From an uncultured Lentisphaeraceae bacterium (GTDB lineage Bacteria; Verrucomicrobiota; Lentisphaeria; Oligosphaerales; Oligosphaeraceae), in NCBI GenBank assembly GCA_964619145.1, contig CAZUCG010000001.1, positions 1 to 31,627 on the forward strand: a DNA stretch of 31,627 bases. Direction: 5' to 3'. The notes under the pieces are model-generated. The model saw only the letters and a program-made list of their open reading frames with translations. It was not told the origin of the DNA and made no database searches. A program made the translations under genes and the position numbers. Positions 16,635 to 26,388 of the stretch are shown piece by piece. Positions within the stretch are counted from its first letter, which is position 1, and each line of letters opens with the position of its first letter.

Positions 16635-18992
16635 ATGCTCAAAAAGCTCTTAACTTGTTTGTTGCTCTGCTCTGTTGCTTGTTTTGCCCAGCGTTTCGTA
16701 CCGGATTGGCCTAATGCCGCTATCATACTACCTGAGAAGCCTAGTATCGTCCAAGGTTTTGCCGCGGAAGAGCTACAGAAGCACTTAACGTTGCTTGGCG
16801 GGCTGACAGTTAAGATTCAGCGCGGCGGCGACTCGGCCTTCCCACTCTATGTCGGCACAAAACCGCCTGATTCAAATAAAGAGCTGACCCAGGAAGAGGC
16901 CGTCTGGCAGATTACCCCACAGGGCTGCTGGTTCTATGGCGATGACACACCCAGCTCAGAAATGCGAGACCGCGTGCCGTTGATGGCTATCTGCCGGTTG
17001 AATAAATTGGGCACCCTGACTGCTGTCTATGATTTCTTGGAACAGCAATTCCAGGTCCATTGGATTGAACCCGGCGCTGGCGGCATCGCCTTCCCGCCAG
17101 TCAAAGAGCTGTCTTTGCAAGCCGGTCAGGGCGGTTGGCAGCCAGCTATCCCCAAGCGGGGGATGCGCTTGGGAATTTCGCCTTACAAGAGCTATAACGA
17201 TGATCTGCCAGAGGGCTTTCAGCTTACTCAGGAGGAATGGGAGAAAAAATACACCGATGTCGCCATTTGGAGCAAGCGGATGCGGATGGGCTCGCATTTG
17301 CCGATGCAGTACGGGCACGCATTTACCACCTGGTGGAATAAATATGGAGAGGATCATCCCGAGTATTTTGCCCAGGTCAAAGGTAAACGCGCTCCCACCC
17401 GCCCGAAGATGCCTGACACCATTAAAATGTGTGTTAGCAACCCCGGCCTGCAGCAGCAGATTGTCAATAACTGGCTGGCTGGCAATCCGCGTTCGAAGTT
17501 CATCAATGTCTGTGAAAATGACTGGGGGGATTTTTGTGAGTGCGATGACTGCCGTAAACTAGACCTGCCGCCGCCGGAAGGCAAGGATTGGGATTATGAC
17601 CTTAGCGACCGCTATCTGCATTTCGCCAATCAAGTCCAGAAATTGGCGGCTGCGCACGATCCAGAGGTCACCGTCTGCACCTACGCGTATAGCGTCTATA
17701 AATTTCCGCCTCGTCGCGAGAAGGCTGACCCGCGGCTGATCATTGGCTTCGTGCCCAGTATGTTTGCTTTCACAGAAACCGATAAGATGTACAAAGCCTG
17801 GAATGCTGCCGGTGCCCGTAAGATATTCCTGCGCCCGAATTGCCAGCACAGCAATACCAGCTTACCGATGGGCTTCGAGAAGTTGATGTTCGATTTCTTT
17901 CAGTTGGGTGTCCAGAACGGCATCGTCGGGACCGACTATGACTCAATCCACAATTTCTGGGCCAATACCGGTATCACGGATTACATCCTGGCGCGAGCCC
18001 ACTGTTATCCCGAAAAGACCTTCCAGGAATTGGAGAACGAATACTATTCCGCTTTTGGCGCCGCCGCAGCAGATATGCGCGAATATTACCAGTACTGGCG
18101 CACTGAAGTCTGGGAAAAAAGACTGCTGCCCAACCGAGAAACCATCAGTGCCCGAGGCCGCTATGGCAATTTCCGCCGCGGACTGATGTGGGATTTACAT
18201 AAATATTACTCCGAAAAAGATTTTGCCTTGATGAGCAGTATCTTGGAGCGCGCCGTTACTCGCGCTGACCTTGACCCACAAGTCCGCGAGCGCTTGCAGC
18301 GCTTGCAGTTGAGTAACCAACACAACTTGTTGACCTATAAGGCGATCACTGCACCCGTAGAGGAGAGATTCAGCAATTCTCGCGAGTTGCTGGCTTTCCG
18401 ACTGGGCAATCGGGATAACCTGAATATCGACTGGCGAAGACAGCTCCATATCGAACGCGGTTTCGGCGATTTAGCCGGTATCTATGCAGTCTGGAATTTT
18501 CGCGACTATGCGGCTTTCAAGACTATCCCAGAACGCTGGTTCTTCAAAATCGACAGCGCCGAGGTGGGTCTGGCAGAGCAATGGGAAAAGCTACCCGGGG
18601 CCCAAATCCTGGCGACTTGGGAGCCTATCAAGGTCACCGCCGGCTGGGAACAGCAGGCAGGTTCCGGGATGCACCCGAAATTACTCGAGTTGTTAAAGGA
18701 ATACGACGGCTATGGCTATTATGGCCAGACAGTCAAAATCGACCCCAGCTGGAAAGGAAAAGAAATTGCGCTGCTCTTCGGCGCAGTCGATGAATCTTGC
18801 TGGGTCTGGCTGAATGGAAAATTGGCCGGAGAGAGAATTTTTCAGGGCGGTGACGAATGGAAGTTGCCTTTTAGCATTCGTATCGATCAATGTATCGATT
18901 GGGAATTGCCACAACAGACTATCGTGGTGAGAGTACACGACAGCGGTGGCCAGGGCGGAATCTGGAAACCAGTGTCAGTGGTGATGAAATAA
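16635..18992 (+). CDS. Secreted DUF4838-domain protein with N-terminal GH67/GH20-like domain and C-terminal GH2-type sugar-binding jelly-roll, 785 aa
   Basis: Sec signal MLKKLLTCLLLCSVACFA; AAEELQKHL; GTLTAVYDFLEQ; GHAF..PEYFA..CVSNP..NDWGDFCECDDC; YAYSVY; C-terminal YDGYGYY..LLFGAVDE..VWLNG..VRVHD.GG.GGIWKPV. AGAGGA RBS. Confidence 0.75.
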   Translation: MLKKLLTCLLLCSVACFAQRFVPDWPNAAIILPEKPSIVQGFAAEELQKHLTLLGGLTVKIQRGGDSAFPLYVGTKPPDSNKELTQEEAVWQITPQGCWFYGDDTPSSEMRDRVPLMAICRLNKLGTLTAVYDFLEQQFQVHWIEPGAGGIAFPPVKELSLQAGQGGWQPAIPKRGMRLGISPYKSYNDDLPEGFQLTQEEWEKKYTDVAIWSKRMRMGSHLPMQYGHAFTTWWNKYGEDHPEYFAQVKGKRAPTRPKMPDTIKMCVSNPGLQQQIVNNWLAGNPRSKFINVCENDWGDFCECDDCRKLDLPPPEGKDWDYDLSDRYLHFANQVQKLAAAHDPEVTVCTYAYSVYKFPPRREKADPRLIIGFVPSMFAFTETDKMYKAWNAAGARKIFLRPNCQHSNTSLPMGFEKLMFDFFQLGVQNGIVGTDYDSIHNFWANTGITDYILARAHCYPEKTFQELENEYYSAFGAAAADMREYYQYWRTEVWEKRLLPNRETISARGRYGNFRRGLMWDLHKYYSEKDFALMSSILERAVTRADLDPQVRERLQRLQLSNQHNLLTYKAITAPVEERFSNSRELLAFRLGNRDNLNIDWRRQLHIERGFGDLAGIYAVWNFRDYAAFKTIPERWFFKIDSAEVGLAEQWEKLPGAQILATWEPIKVTAGWEQQAGSGMHPKLLELLKEYDGYGYYGQTVKIDPSWKGKEIALLFGAVDESCWVWLNGKLAGERIFQGGDEWKLPFSIRIDQCIDWELPQQTIVVRVHDSGGQGGIWKPVSVVMK

Positions 18993-19060
18993 AACATTTT
19001 TTTGCCGGGCGGCTGCACGCTTGCTCAGGCTGATTACTAAATCTAATATCAGGAGTGGAT

Positions 19061-19858
19061 ATGAATATCGCATTATCGGCCTTAATCGCCGGAAATCTCC
19101 CAATGCCGGAATTCTTGCAGCAAGCCAAAGATAGCGGCTACGACGAAGTCGAGCTGTCCTTGCGGCCGACGCTGGAATCGCCGTTGAATTATTCCAGCAC
19201 GGATGCCCAGCTGACCGAATATAAGGCTCTGGCCACGGCTTTGGCAGTGCCCATTACCTCGCTGGCGATGGCCGGTAAGTCCGGCAATTTGCTGGAAGCC
19301 GGTCAGGGTGGCGCGGAGGGCATTGAGTCGGCTGTCTGGGGCCTGGAGTGCGCCGCTAAACTTGGCGCAAAAGTCTGCTTGCATACCCTGGGCAGGCTGT
19401 CAGCCGAACTCTATTACGAAGACGCCTATAATAATGCCATCACGGCATTGCAGAAAATCGCCCGCGCGGCTGAGAAAATCGGCGTGACTTTCGCAGTCGA
19501 GTTTGTCTGGAATGGATTCTTGTTCAGCCCCCTGGAAATGCGGAATTTCCTGGATAGCGTCGGCAGCCCACGGGTCGGATTCTATTTTGACCCCGGCAAT
19601 ATGGCCGTCTTCCAATACCCCCAGCATTGGGTCCGGGCCCTTGGACAGCGCATTAAGCGCGTCCATTTGAAAGACTGGAAAGGCAAGGCCTTGAATGGCA
19701 CTTGGACGCCGTTGCTGGCTGGCGAGGTCGATTTCCCAGTCGTGATGCAGGAGTTGCGCCGGGCTGGCTATGCCGGGCCGCTCGTCTCAGAAGTCTCGCC
19801 GGCTTTGGCATCATTCGCGGAGACGGCTAAAGTTATGCGCAAAATTGCGGAAATGTAA
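19061..19858 (+). CDS. Sugar-phosphate isomerase/epimerase family TIM barrel, 265 aa
   Basis: VEFVWNGFLFSPLE, YFDPGN, VHLKD, LVSEV metal ligands. AGGAG RBS 5 nt before ATG 19061. Confidence 0.85.
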   Translation: MNIALSALIAGNLPMPEFLQQAKDSGYDEVELSLRPTLESPLNYSSTDAQLTEYKALATALAVPITSLAMAGKSGNLLEAGQGGAEGIESAVWGLECAAKLGAKVCLHTLGRLSAELYYEDAYNNAITALQKIARAAEKIGVTFAVEFVWNGFLFSPLEMRNFLDSVGSPRVGFYFDPGNMAVFQYPQHWVRALGQRIKRVHLKDWKGKALNGTWTPLLAGEVDFPVVMQELRRAGYAGPLVSEVSPALASFAETAKVMRKIAEM

Positions 19859-19879
19859 GTTATTAGAGGAACCGACTAG

Positions 19880-20965
19880 ATGCTGAAAATTCTTTTCCCC
19901 TTCCACGGGGCTGTACTGAATCGCTGCCACGGCCAGCAAAATACCGCGGGCTTGACAATTGAGGTCACCGGCACCGCACCAATTTGCAGTGAAGTCACGG
20001 TCAATGGGCGGCTCGCCCGGCGCAAGGGCGAATTGTTCTGTGCCGATATCTTGCTAGATCGTTTCAGCAATGCCATTACCGCCAGTTGCTCTGGCGTGAC
20101 TGGCACGAGCGAGCAATCCATCAAAGTCATTTGGGATAAGAACTCCCGTCGCCGCTACCGCGTCGCCATCGATGATAATTCCTTCTTCCTTAGGGACCTC
20201 TACCAAAAGCGCCCAGCTGACTTGTTCAGTAACCACTATTTGGCCATCCTGAAACGCTTGCACGCTGAATTCGGGGCTAAATACACCCTGAATCTCTTCT
20301 TCTCTACACCGGAGAAGGATTTCGATTTATCGCTGCTGCCTGATACCTGGAAATCGCAGTTTGCTGATAACAGCGACTGGCTGAAGATGACCTGGCACGC
20401 CGATAACGAATTCCCCGACCGGCCATACCAATACGCCACCCCGGAAAAAGTCGCCGCCGACTTCGATAAAGTCCAGACCGAGGTCGTGCGCTTTGCCGGC
20501 GAGAGCTGCTTCTGCCCGGCGACCATCGTGCATTGGGGCGAAATCCTGCCCTCGGCCCTACCGGCGCTCTATCAGCGTGGCGTGCGCGCCCTCAGCGGCT
20601 ATTTTAACCGCGACGAGCAGCGTTACAATGTCAGCAACGGCCTCGATGAAGTGCGTTGTCATTATCTGAATAGCCACGACGCGCTAATGGATTTCGAGAG
20701 CGGCATCGTGTTCAGTCATATCGATATCGTAGTCAATTGCACGCCAATAGAGCAAATCGTCCCGACACTCAGTAAATACGTTGACGACCCCGATAACTCG
20801 GAAGTAATGGATATCTTGACCCACGAACAGTACTTCTGGCCATTCTATTTCAATTACATCCCGGACCACGAGCAGCGGATGGCGACGGCATTGCGCTTCC
20901 TCCACGAGAACGGCTATGAGCCAATCTGGCTGCATGAGGGGCTGCTCGGCGTCGAACCAGCGTAG
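19880..20965 (+). CDS. Hypothetical protein: N-terminal Ig-like beta domain + NodB/polysaccharide-deacetylase-like barrel, 361 aa
   Basis: The ORF has an RBS (AGAGGA) and is tightly packed in the cluster. Motifs AIDDN, TWHADNEFP and ILTHE are spaced like CE4 motifs 1, 2 and 5. The fold call is inference. Confidence 0.6.
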   Translation: MLKILFPFHGAVLNRCHGQQNTAGLTIEVTGTAPICSEVTVNGRLARRKGELFCADILLDRFSNAITASCSGVTGTSEQSIKVIWDKNSRRRYRVAIDDNSFFLRDLYQKRPADLFSNHYLAILKRLHAEFGAKYTLNLFFSTPEKDFDLSLLPDTWKSQFADNSDWLKMTWHADNEFPDRPYQYATPEKVAADFDKVQTEVVRFAGESCFCPATIVHWGEILPSALPALYQRGVRALSGYFNRDEQRYNVSNGLDEVRCHYLNSHDALMDFESGIVFSHIDIVVNCTPIEQIVPTLSKYVDDPDNSEVMDILTHEQYFWPFYFNYIPDHEQRMATALRFLHENGYEPIWLHEGLLGVEPA

Positions 20966-21000
20966 GCTGCTTATAGCTTGGGATTACTCCCTCTTGCCTT

Positions 21001-21972
21001 ATGCACATAAAAATCAGCCATCTCAGCCGATCTTTCAAGAAAGTCAAGGCGGTCAGTGACCTCACCTTCGAATTCGCGTCTGGCAATATCTTTGGCTTTA
21101 TTGGCCCTAATGGCGCTGGCAAGACCACCACCATCAAGATTATGGCCAGTATGGATATGCCAGATGCCGGCGATGTCTTCTTCGACGGTGTATCGGTCGT
21201 TAACTATCCGGAAAAAGTCCGGCAGCTGGTCGGCTATATGCCTGATACACTGCCGGGCTACAAGGATATCCACGTCTGGGAGTACCTCGATTTCTTTGCC
21301 CGCAGTTTTGGCTTACAGGGACAGCAGCGGCGACAGACATTGGCCGAAATCGAAGAATTCACCTCCTTGGGTGATCTGCGGGAGAAGCAAATCTCGACTT
21401 TGTCCAAGGGGATGAAGCAACGCGTCAGCTTGGCTCGCGCCTTGGTGCATAATCCGCAAGTGCTGATTATGGATGAGCCGGCGGCCGGGCTCGACCCCCG
21501 CAGCCGGCGCGAATTGCGGAGCCTGCTGAAAATTTTAGCTGGTCAGGGTAAGGCGATCTTGCTTAGCAGCCATATCTTGACTGAGTTGCAGGATATCTGT
21601 GACGGAGCAGTCATTATCGAGCAAGGGCGATTACTCTCGGCTGGTACTATCCCGCAATTGCTGGCTCAGAGCCGGCAGAAACAGCAACTCGAAGATGCGA
21701 ATGCCAATGCTGACGAAACTGTGCAGCTGCTCATCCAGTGCTTGCGTGATGGCGAGGCAGTGCGCCTCAAGCTGCTCGAGCACCCGGCTGTACTTGAGGT
21801 CCAACTGACGCTGAACAATACCGTCCGGGCTCAGCTCAAATGTCAGGACGAAGAAATACCTGCCATTATGGCCACGCTATTTGCCGCTGGACTGCCGATT
21901 GTCGGCTTCGCCAAGCAGGAACTCGGCTTGGAGGAACTTTTTATGCGTATCACCTCCGGGAAAGTGCAATGA
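21001..21972 (+). CDS. ABC transporter ATP-binding protein (ABC-2/exporter type), 323 aa
   Basis: GPNGAGKTT, LSKGMKQR, LIMDEPAAGLDP, SSHILTE. Confidence 0.93.
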   Translation: MHIKISHLSRSFKKVKAVSDLTFEFASGNIFGFIGPNGAGKTTTIKIMASMDMPDAGDVFFDGVSVVNYPEKVRQLVGYMPDTLPGYKDIHVWEYLDFFARSFGLQGQQRRQTLAEIEEFTSLGDLREKQISTLSKGMKQRVSLARALVHNPQVLIMDEPAAGLDPRSRRELRSLLKILAGQGKAILLSSHILTELQDICDGAVIIEQGRLLSAGTIPQLLAQSRQKQQLEDANANADETVQLLIQCLRDGEAVRLKLLEHPAVLEVQLTLNNTVRAQLKCQDEEIPAIMATLFAAGLPIVGFAKQELGLEELFMRITSGKVQ

Positions 21973-23402
21973 AGATTGCGGCCAGGGACCTCAGTGACTG
22001 GTTCAACCCAGTGTTTATCAAGGAATTGCGGCAATTCTTCCACAATTACCTGATCCTGGCTGTGATGGCATTGCTGCTCATCGGGCAGCAACTTATTTTG
22101 CTCTTTGTGCATTTAGCATATACTAGCAGCGGGAATCTCAATGACAATACCGGCCGAGTGGTCTTTACCTTTATTGTCGTTGGCCTAGTGTGTTGTATCT
22201 TCGTTGTCTGCGGGGTGGGTGCCGCGCAGCGATTCTTGCTTGAAAGACAGAACGAAGAACTCGATTTCTGCAAACTGACCGCAATCTCGCCAACTCGTAT
22301 TATTTGGGGGAAGTTATGCAGTTCGCTGGTGCTATTGGTCTTTATTACCTCGCTCTGCCTGCCCTTTATCGGCATAGCGTATTTCCTGCGAGGAATAGCT
22401 ATCCTGCAAATGCTGAAGGTAATGCTGCTGTTATTGCCTGTAACCTTGGCGATTATTTTTTCGGCCATTTTAGTTGGCGCGATAGGCAAGAAGGGCCTCG
22501 CCGGGCTGTTGAGCATCGGCGGATCAATTTATGGCATTACCGTGCTGACGCTCATTTTTAATGATACCCAGGTCTGGACTTCGAGCTCCGGAGCCGATTT
22601 GCCATTGTTGTTGTTCGCAATTATTATCCCGTTATTCTGGAGTGGCTTATGCTATGTTCTCAGCGTGGCCAGCGTCAGCCATTCCCTGGCCAACAGGATG
22701 TTGCCAGTCAGAATTTATCTGTTGACACTGTTAGCGGCCTGCCCCCTGGCAATGGCCGCGCTGGCTGCCTTGACCGACGAACACGTACTCGATTTTTTGC
22801 AGATTAGTTTCAGCCTTACTGCCAGTATCGTGGTGGGCATTGTCGCAGCCCTGGCCGCCTGCGAACGCTCGCGGCCTAGTCTGCATATCCAGAACCAATG
22901 CCCGCGTAACATCTTTTTGCGCAGTGGCTTCTTTTTACTCTCCAGCGGCTCAGGCGGTGGCATCACGCTGGCGGCCTTAATCTTGCTGCTGCTGGTTGCT
23001 CTGCCGGTGCGACTGGCCTCCGGCAGTTCAGACTTATATTTGATCTATACCTTCACTGATATCGCCATCTATCTGCTGTTCTATGCCGCCCTGGCGATCT
23101 TTTTGCAGGAGTGGATGCCCAGATTATCTGGCCTTGCTTGGTTTTGCCTGAATCTCATTGTGCTATTGTTGCTGCCAGGCATTGTCAGCGGCTTTATCGG
23201 GGTGACTGAGGCCAAAACATTTAATTACCTGACGATTACCAGCCCATTTTTTCTGTTTGCGGTCGATTACCCCGAGCATTTTGGGCAATTCAAGCACAGC
23301 ACTAGCTTGCCGTTCGCGACCGCGGGGTTGTTTCTGGCTAGCCGGAGTATTAGCCTGCAATGGCGGGCATTACGACTGAATACTGCCGACGCGGCTAAAT
23401 AA
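21969..23402 (+). CDS. ABC-2-type permease / polytopic membrane protein, 477 aa
   Basis: ATGA overlap with the ATPase stop; NPVFIKELRQ; ER..EELD..LT.ISP..IIWGKL; about a dozen hydrophobic segments. Confidence 0.8.
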   Translation: MKIAARDLSDWFNPVFIKELRQFFHNYLILAVMALLLIGQQLILLFVHLAYTSSGNLNDNTGRVVFTFIVVGLVCCIFVVCGVGAAQRFLLERQNEELDFCKLTAISPTRIIWGKLCSSLVLLVFITSLCLPFIGIAYFLRGIAILQMLKVMLLLLPVTLAIIFSAILVGAIGKKGLAGLLSIGGSIYGITVLTLIFNDTQVWTSSSGADLPLLLFAIIIPLFWSGLCYVLSVASVSHSLANRMLPVRIYLLTLLAACPLAMAALAALTDEHVLDFLQISFSLTASIVVGIVAALAACERSRPSLHIQNQCPRNIFLRSGFFLLSSGSGGGITLAALILLLLVALPVRLASGSSDLYLIYTFTDIAIYLLFYAALAIFLQEWMPRLSGLAWFCLNLIVLLLLPGIVSGFIGVTEAKTFNYLTITSPFFLFAVDYPEHFGQFKHSTSLPFATAGLFLASRSISLQWRALRLNTADAAK

Positions 23403-23437
23403 TAGCCGTCATAGTGACTGAAAGAAAGAGGAATACC

Positions 23438-25333
23438 ATGAATCTGACGTACCAGCCTGACCGAGTTAAACCGGAAATCGCCGCCCTGCTGCAGGAACTG
23501 GCGGTCGAGTACCCTATCGCACCTAATGCCGCTGGATTGATGCTGGATTTTGTCCCGGCTGCTGAGCCCTCGACGCTGCGGGTTACCCGTACTACCACCG
23601 GTCTGAAAATCGAATACGGTAAGACAGCCGCGGCCGCTCGCGGCATCGGCTATGCTTTGTCGGGGACAGAAACGACGGAAGACCTCTGCTTCGAGACTTA
23701 TGCCATACTCTACGATTGCTCCCGCAATCCCGTGTTGACGGTTAAGCACGCTCAACATTGGCTGCGCCGAATGGCGCTGCTAGGCTATGATATGATGATG
23801 CTCTATACCAAAGACGCCTATCAATTGCCCGGTGAGACCTACTTCGGATATATGCGCGGCGCTTACAGCATCGAGGAAATCCAGGCTATGGACAAGGTGG
23901 CGCAGCGCCTGGGCGTGCAGATGTCCGCCTCAATCCAAGCTCTCGGGCATCTGGAGCCGATTCTGCGCTGGCCGGCCTACGCTGGCGTCAAGGACACCGA
24001 TAACGTGATTATGGTCGATAACGAAGACAGCTACCAGCTGATCCGCAAGATGCTGACCTTCTGGAGTGAGGCGCTCTCCTCTCGTCGTATCCACATCGGG
24101 ATGGATGAGACGCACGACTTGGGCCGCGGCCGCTTCCAGGACCTGCACGGCAAGCAAGATGCCTTCGAGCTCTATAATCGTCATTTGCAACGCGTCTGCG
24201 CTATCTGCAACGAACTACAGCTGCAGCCGATGATCTGGAGCGATATGTACTTCCGCTTGGGGAACAAGAATCTTAGCTACTATGATTTGCAGAGCAAAAT
24301 CCCGCAGTCGGTCAAAGACGCCATCGCCCCTGAAGCGCAGTTGGTCTATTGGGACTATTATCACCGCGACGAAGAATTCTATCGCAAGATGCTGCAACTG
24401 CACCGTGACCTGGGGAAAAAGCCAGTCGTGATGGCTTCTGGTATCTGGACTTGGGTGAAGCTCTGGTACGACCACGAAATCACCACCGCGACAGTGCGGC
24501 CTTGCCTGCAGGCCTGCCGCAAAGAGGGCGTGAAAGAAGTAATCTATACTCTCTGGGGTGATGACGGCGGCTATTGCGAGTTCGATTCGGCTTTCGCAGG
24601 AATGGCCTGGGCCGCGGATGAGGCCTTTAATGGACATAGCGACGACGAGAGATTGGAGAAGTTTTTCGCAGGCGTCTTTGGCACCAGCTACCGCCGGCAG
24701 CTCCTGGCTTCCGATTTGACCATCACCGTCCGGGATACCGATATGAGCCCCGAAATGGCGAAACGGCACGGCTCGCCACCCTGGCGATTGCACGCGCCTT
24801 GCGCACTCTGGGATGACCCCCTGATGGGCATCGTCTGGCACGAATATAAGGCCTATAATTCCAAAGTCTGGGAGAATTATGCCGCCGACTTACACCTGCT
24901 ACGCGAGCAACTCAGCCCCTACCGGATTACTGACCGTAGTGCCGGCTATATTGACCACGCTTGGCATTGTGCTAATGCCTTGCTGCAAAAAGTGGAATTG
25001 CGCCTGCAGTTGCTCAAAGCCTATAAAAAGCGTGACCGTAATGCCCTGAAAGCCATTCGCGGGGCCAAGATCGATGCCGTAATCTCGGCCTTGGACGGCC
25101 TGAATGATTCATTTCGCCGCCAGTGGCTGCGAAGCTATAAATATTATGGCCTGGAAGTTATGCAAATAAAATTGGCTGGCCTGAAAGAGCGCTATCGTGA
25201 GACCAGCCGCCGGATCGGCGAGTTGTTATCTGGCGAAATCGCCTCGATCCCCGAGCTCGAGCTGAATCCCGAGACACTCGGCTCAACCGACACCCGCTAC
25301 CGGATGGCGGTTACCGGCGGCTGGTTTATTTGA
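23438..25333 (+). CDS. GH20 beta-N-acetylhexosaminidase, GcnA-like, cytoplasmic, 631 aa
   Basis: YDCSRNPV, MALLGY, YFGYMRGAYS.EE, IQALGHL, catalytic HIGMDET, MIWSDMYF, YWDYYH, WGDDG all follow streptococcal GcnA. No signal peptide. AGAGGA RBS before ATG 23438. Confidence 0.9.
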   Translation: MNLTYQPDRVKPEIAALLQELAVEYPIAPNAAGLMLDFVPAAEPSTLRVTRTTTGLKIEYGKTAAAARGIGYALSGTETTEDLCFETYAILYDCSRNPVLTVKHAQHWLRRMALLGYDMMMLYTKDAYQLPGETYFGYMRGAYSIEEIQAMDKVAQRLGVQMSASIQALGHLEPILRWPAYAGVKDTDNVIMVDNEDSYQLIRKMLTFWSEALSSRRIHIGMDETHDLGRGRFQDLHGKQDAFELYNRHLQRVCAICNELQLQPMIWSDMYFRLGNKNLSYYDLQSKIPQSVKDAIAPEAQLVYWDYYHRDEEFYRKMLQLHRDLGKKPVVMASGIWTWVKLWYDHEITTATVRPCLQACRKEGVKEVIYTLWGDDGGYCEFDSAFAGMAWAADEAFNGHSDDERLEKFFAGVFGTSYRRQLLASDLTITVRDTDMSPEMAKRHGSPPWRLHAPCALWDDPLMGIVWHEYKAYNSKVWENYAADLHLLREQLSPYRITDRSAGYIDHAWHCANALLQKVELRLQLLKAYKKRDRNALKAIRGAKIDAVISALDGLNDSFRRQWLRSYKYYGLEVMQIKLAGLKERYRETSRRIGELLSGEIASIPELELNPETLGSTDTRYRMAVTGGWFI

Positions 25334-25347
25334 GCCCGCCCAAGGCT

Positions 25348-25389
25348 AAGAGCTGCCGTTGGCCGCTATCCTGATCAACGCCAGCTCTT
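25348..25389. terminator. Strong hairpin between convergent genes (possible bidirectional terminator or stabiliser)
   Basis: AAGAGCTGCCGTTG (25348-25361) pairs with CAACGCCAGCTCTT (25376-25389) at 13/14 positions; no U-tract on either side. Confidence 0.5.
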
Positions 25390-25401
25390 GCTAAGAACAG
25401 A

Positions 25402-26388
25402 TTAATTTTCGGTTTGAGCCGGCATCTTCCAGGCCGGCTTGCGCCGGAACGGCTTCTCAAAAGTATTATTGATGCGCCCAGTTTGTTCTAAATGCATCAT
25501 ACAAGCACGGATGCAGCCAGCCGCGCCTTCTAACGCCCGCGAATAAAAATATTGCGGAGGCAGTTTGTAGTTCTGGGAGCGAGCGACCGGCTCGGTAAAT
25601 TTTTCCTTGTCCTCGGGTGTGACGCTAAAGGGATTGTGTTTTGACGATGCGCCGCAGAAGTATCGGCTACAGAGCGAGTAGTCGATGTCGGCCCATTCAA
25701 TCGGCACGCCATCGATGACTACTCGAACACACTTGTTGTCATCTGTGGGGATGGCATTGCCAGTGCAAGCCTTGGCACAGAGCTTGCAACGGTCGCAAAT
25801 CGTGCCCGGTTTGACAATGGGGTCGTAGTCGAATTCAGCATCTGTCAACAGCAGCGCGATGCGCTGCCGGGGGCCGAATTCTTTGGTCAGGAAGATTTTG
25901 CTCCAGCCTATCTCGCCCAAGCCGGAAATTACTGCGCCGAGGCGCATATGGACGGATAGGTTAGGGTGGGGCAGCCCCTCTCGCAGCGGTCGGCTGCTGG
26001 CCGGATGGGGTATTTGCTCCTGGCCGTGCGGGAGTTGTCCAGAGGTATTTGTCGCTCCCCAGGCGAAGTGATTGGGGATGGGCATTGTATCGTAGCCTTG
26101 GTCCTCAATCCAGCCGCAGATTTCTCGCAACACCATTGGTTGGCGGATGCAGTTGATGCTGGCATACGCCACCCCCGAGTAGTTGGTGAAAAATGTCCCC
26201 TCTTCAATGCCACGAAAGGACCCACGCAGGTGACGGAAAGCCAAGCCGATAATCGACTTGCAACCAGGAAGGATGTAACGGACATCGAATTGCTTGGGCG
26301 CGCCCTCATAACGACTGACTGGACCGATCGACACGGCGTCTGCACCTGCTTCTAAGGCGCATTGTTTCAGCAATTTTGCGCTTAGCAT
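25402..26388 (-). CDS. Cobalamin/4Fe-4S protein of the QueG/reductive-dehalogenase superfamily, paralog B, 328 aa
   Basis: GADAVSIG, SGLGEIG....LTKEFGPRQR...LTD, CDRCKLCAKAC, DYSLC, GCIRAC. GGAG RBS 7 nt before ATG 26388. Confidence 0.8.
   Translation of the reverse strand: MLSAKLLKQCALEAGADAVSIGPVSRYEGAPKQFDVRYILPGCKSIIGLAFRHLRGSFRGIEEGTFFTNYSGVAYASINCIRQPMVLREICGWIEDQGYDTMPIPNHFAWGATNTSGQLPHGQEQIPHPASSRPLREGLPHPNLSVHMRLGAVISGLGEIGWSKIFLTKEFGPRQRIALLLTDAEFDYDPIVKPGTICDRCKLCAKACTGNAIPTDDNKCVRVVIDGVPIEWADIDYSLCSRYFCGASSKHNPFSVTPEDKEKFTEPVARSQNYKLPPQYFYSRALEGAAGCIRACMMHLEQTGRINNTFEKPFRRKPAWKMPAQTEN

Noticed and set aside
3127-19858. The two TIM-barrel genes as parts of the oxidation-elimination (3-keto-glycoside) glycosidase pathway
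   Set aside because: The required Gfo/Idh/MocA dehydrogenase and DUF1080-type partners are not in the window, so there is no support beyond family membership.
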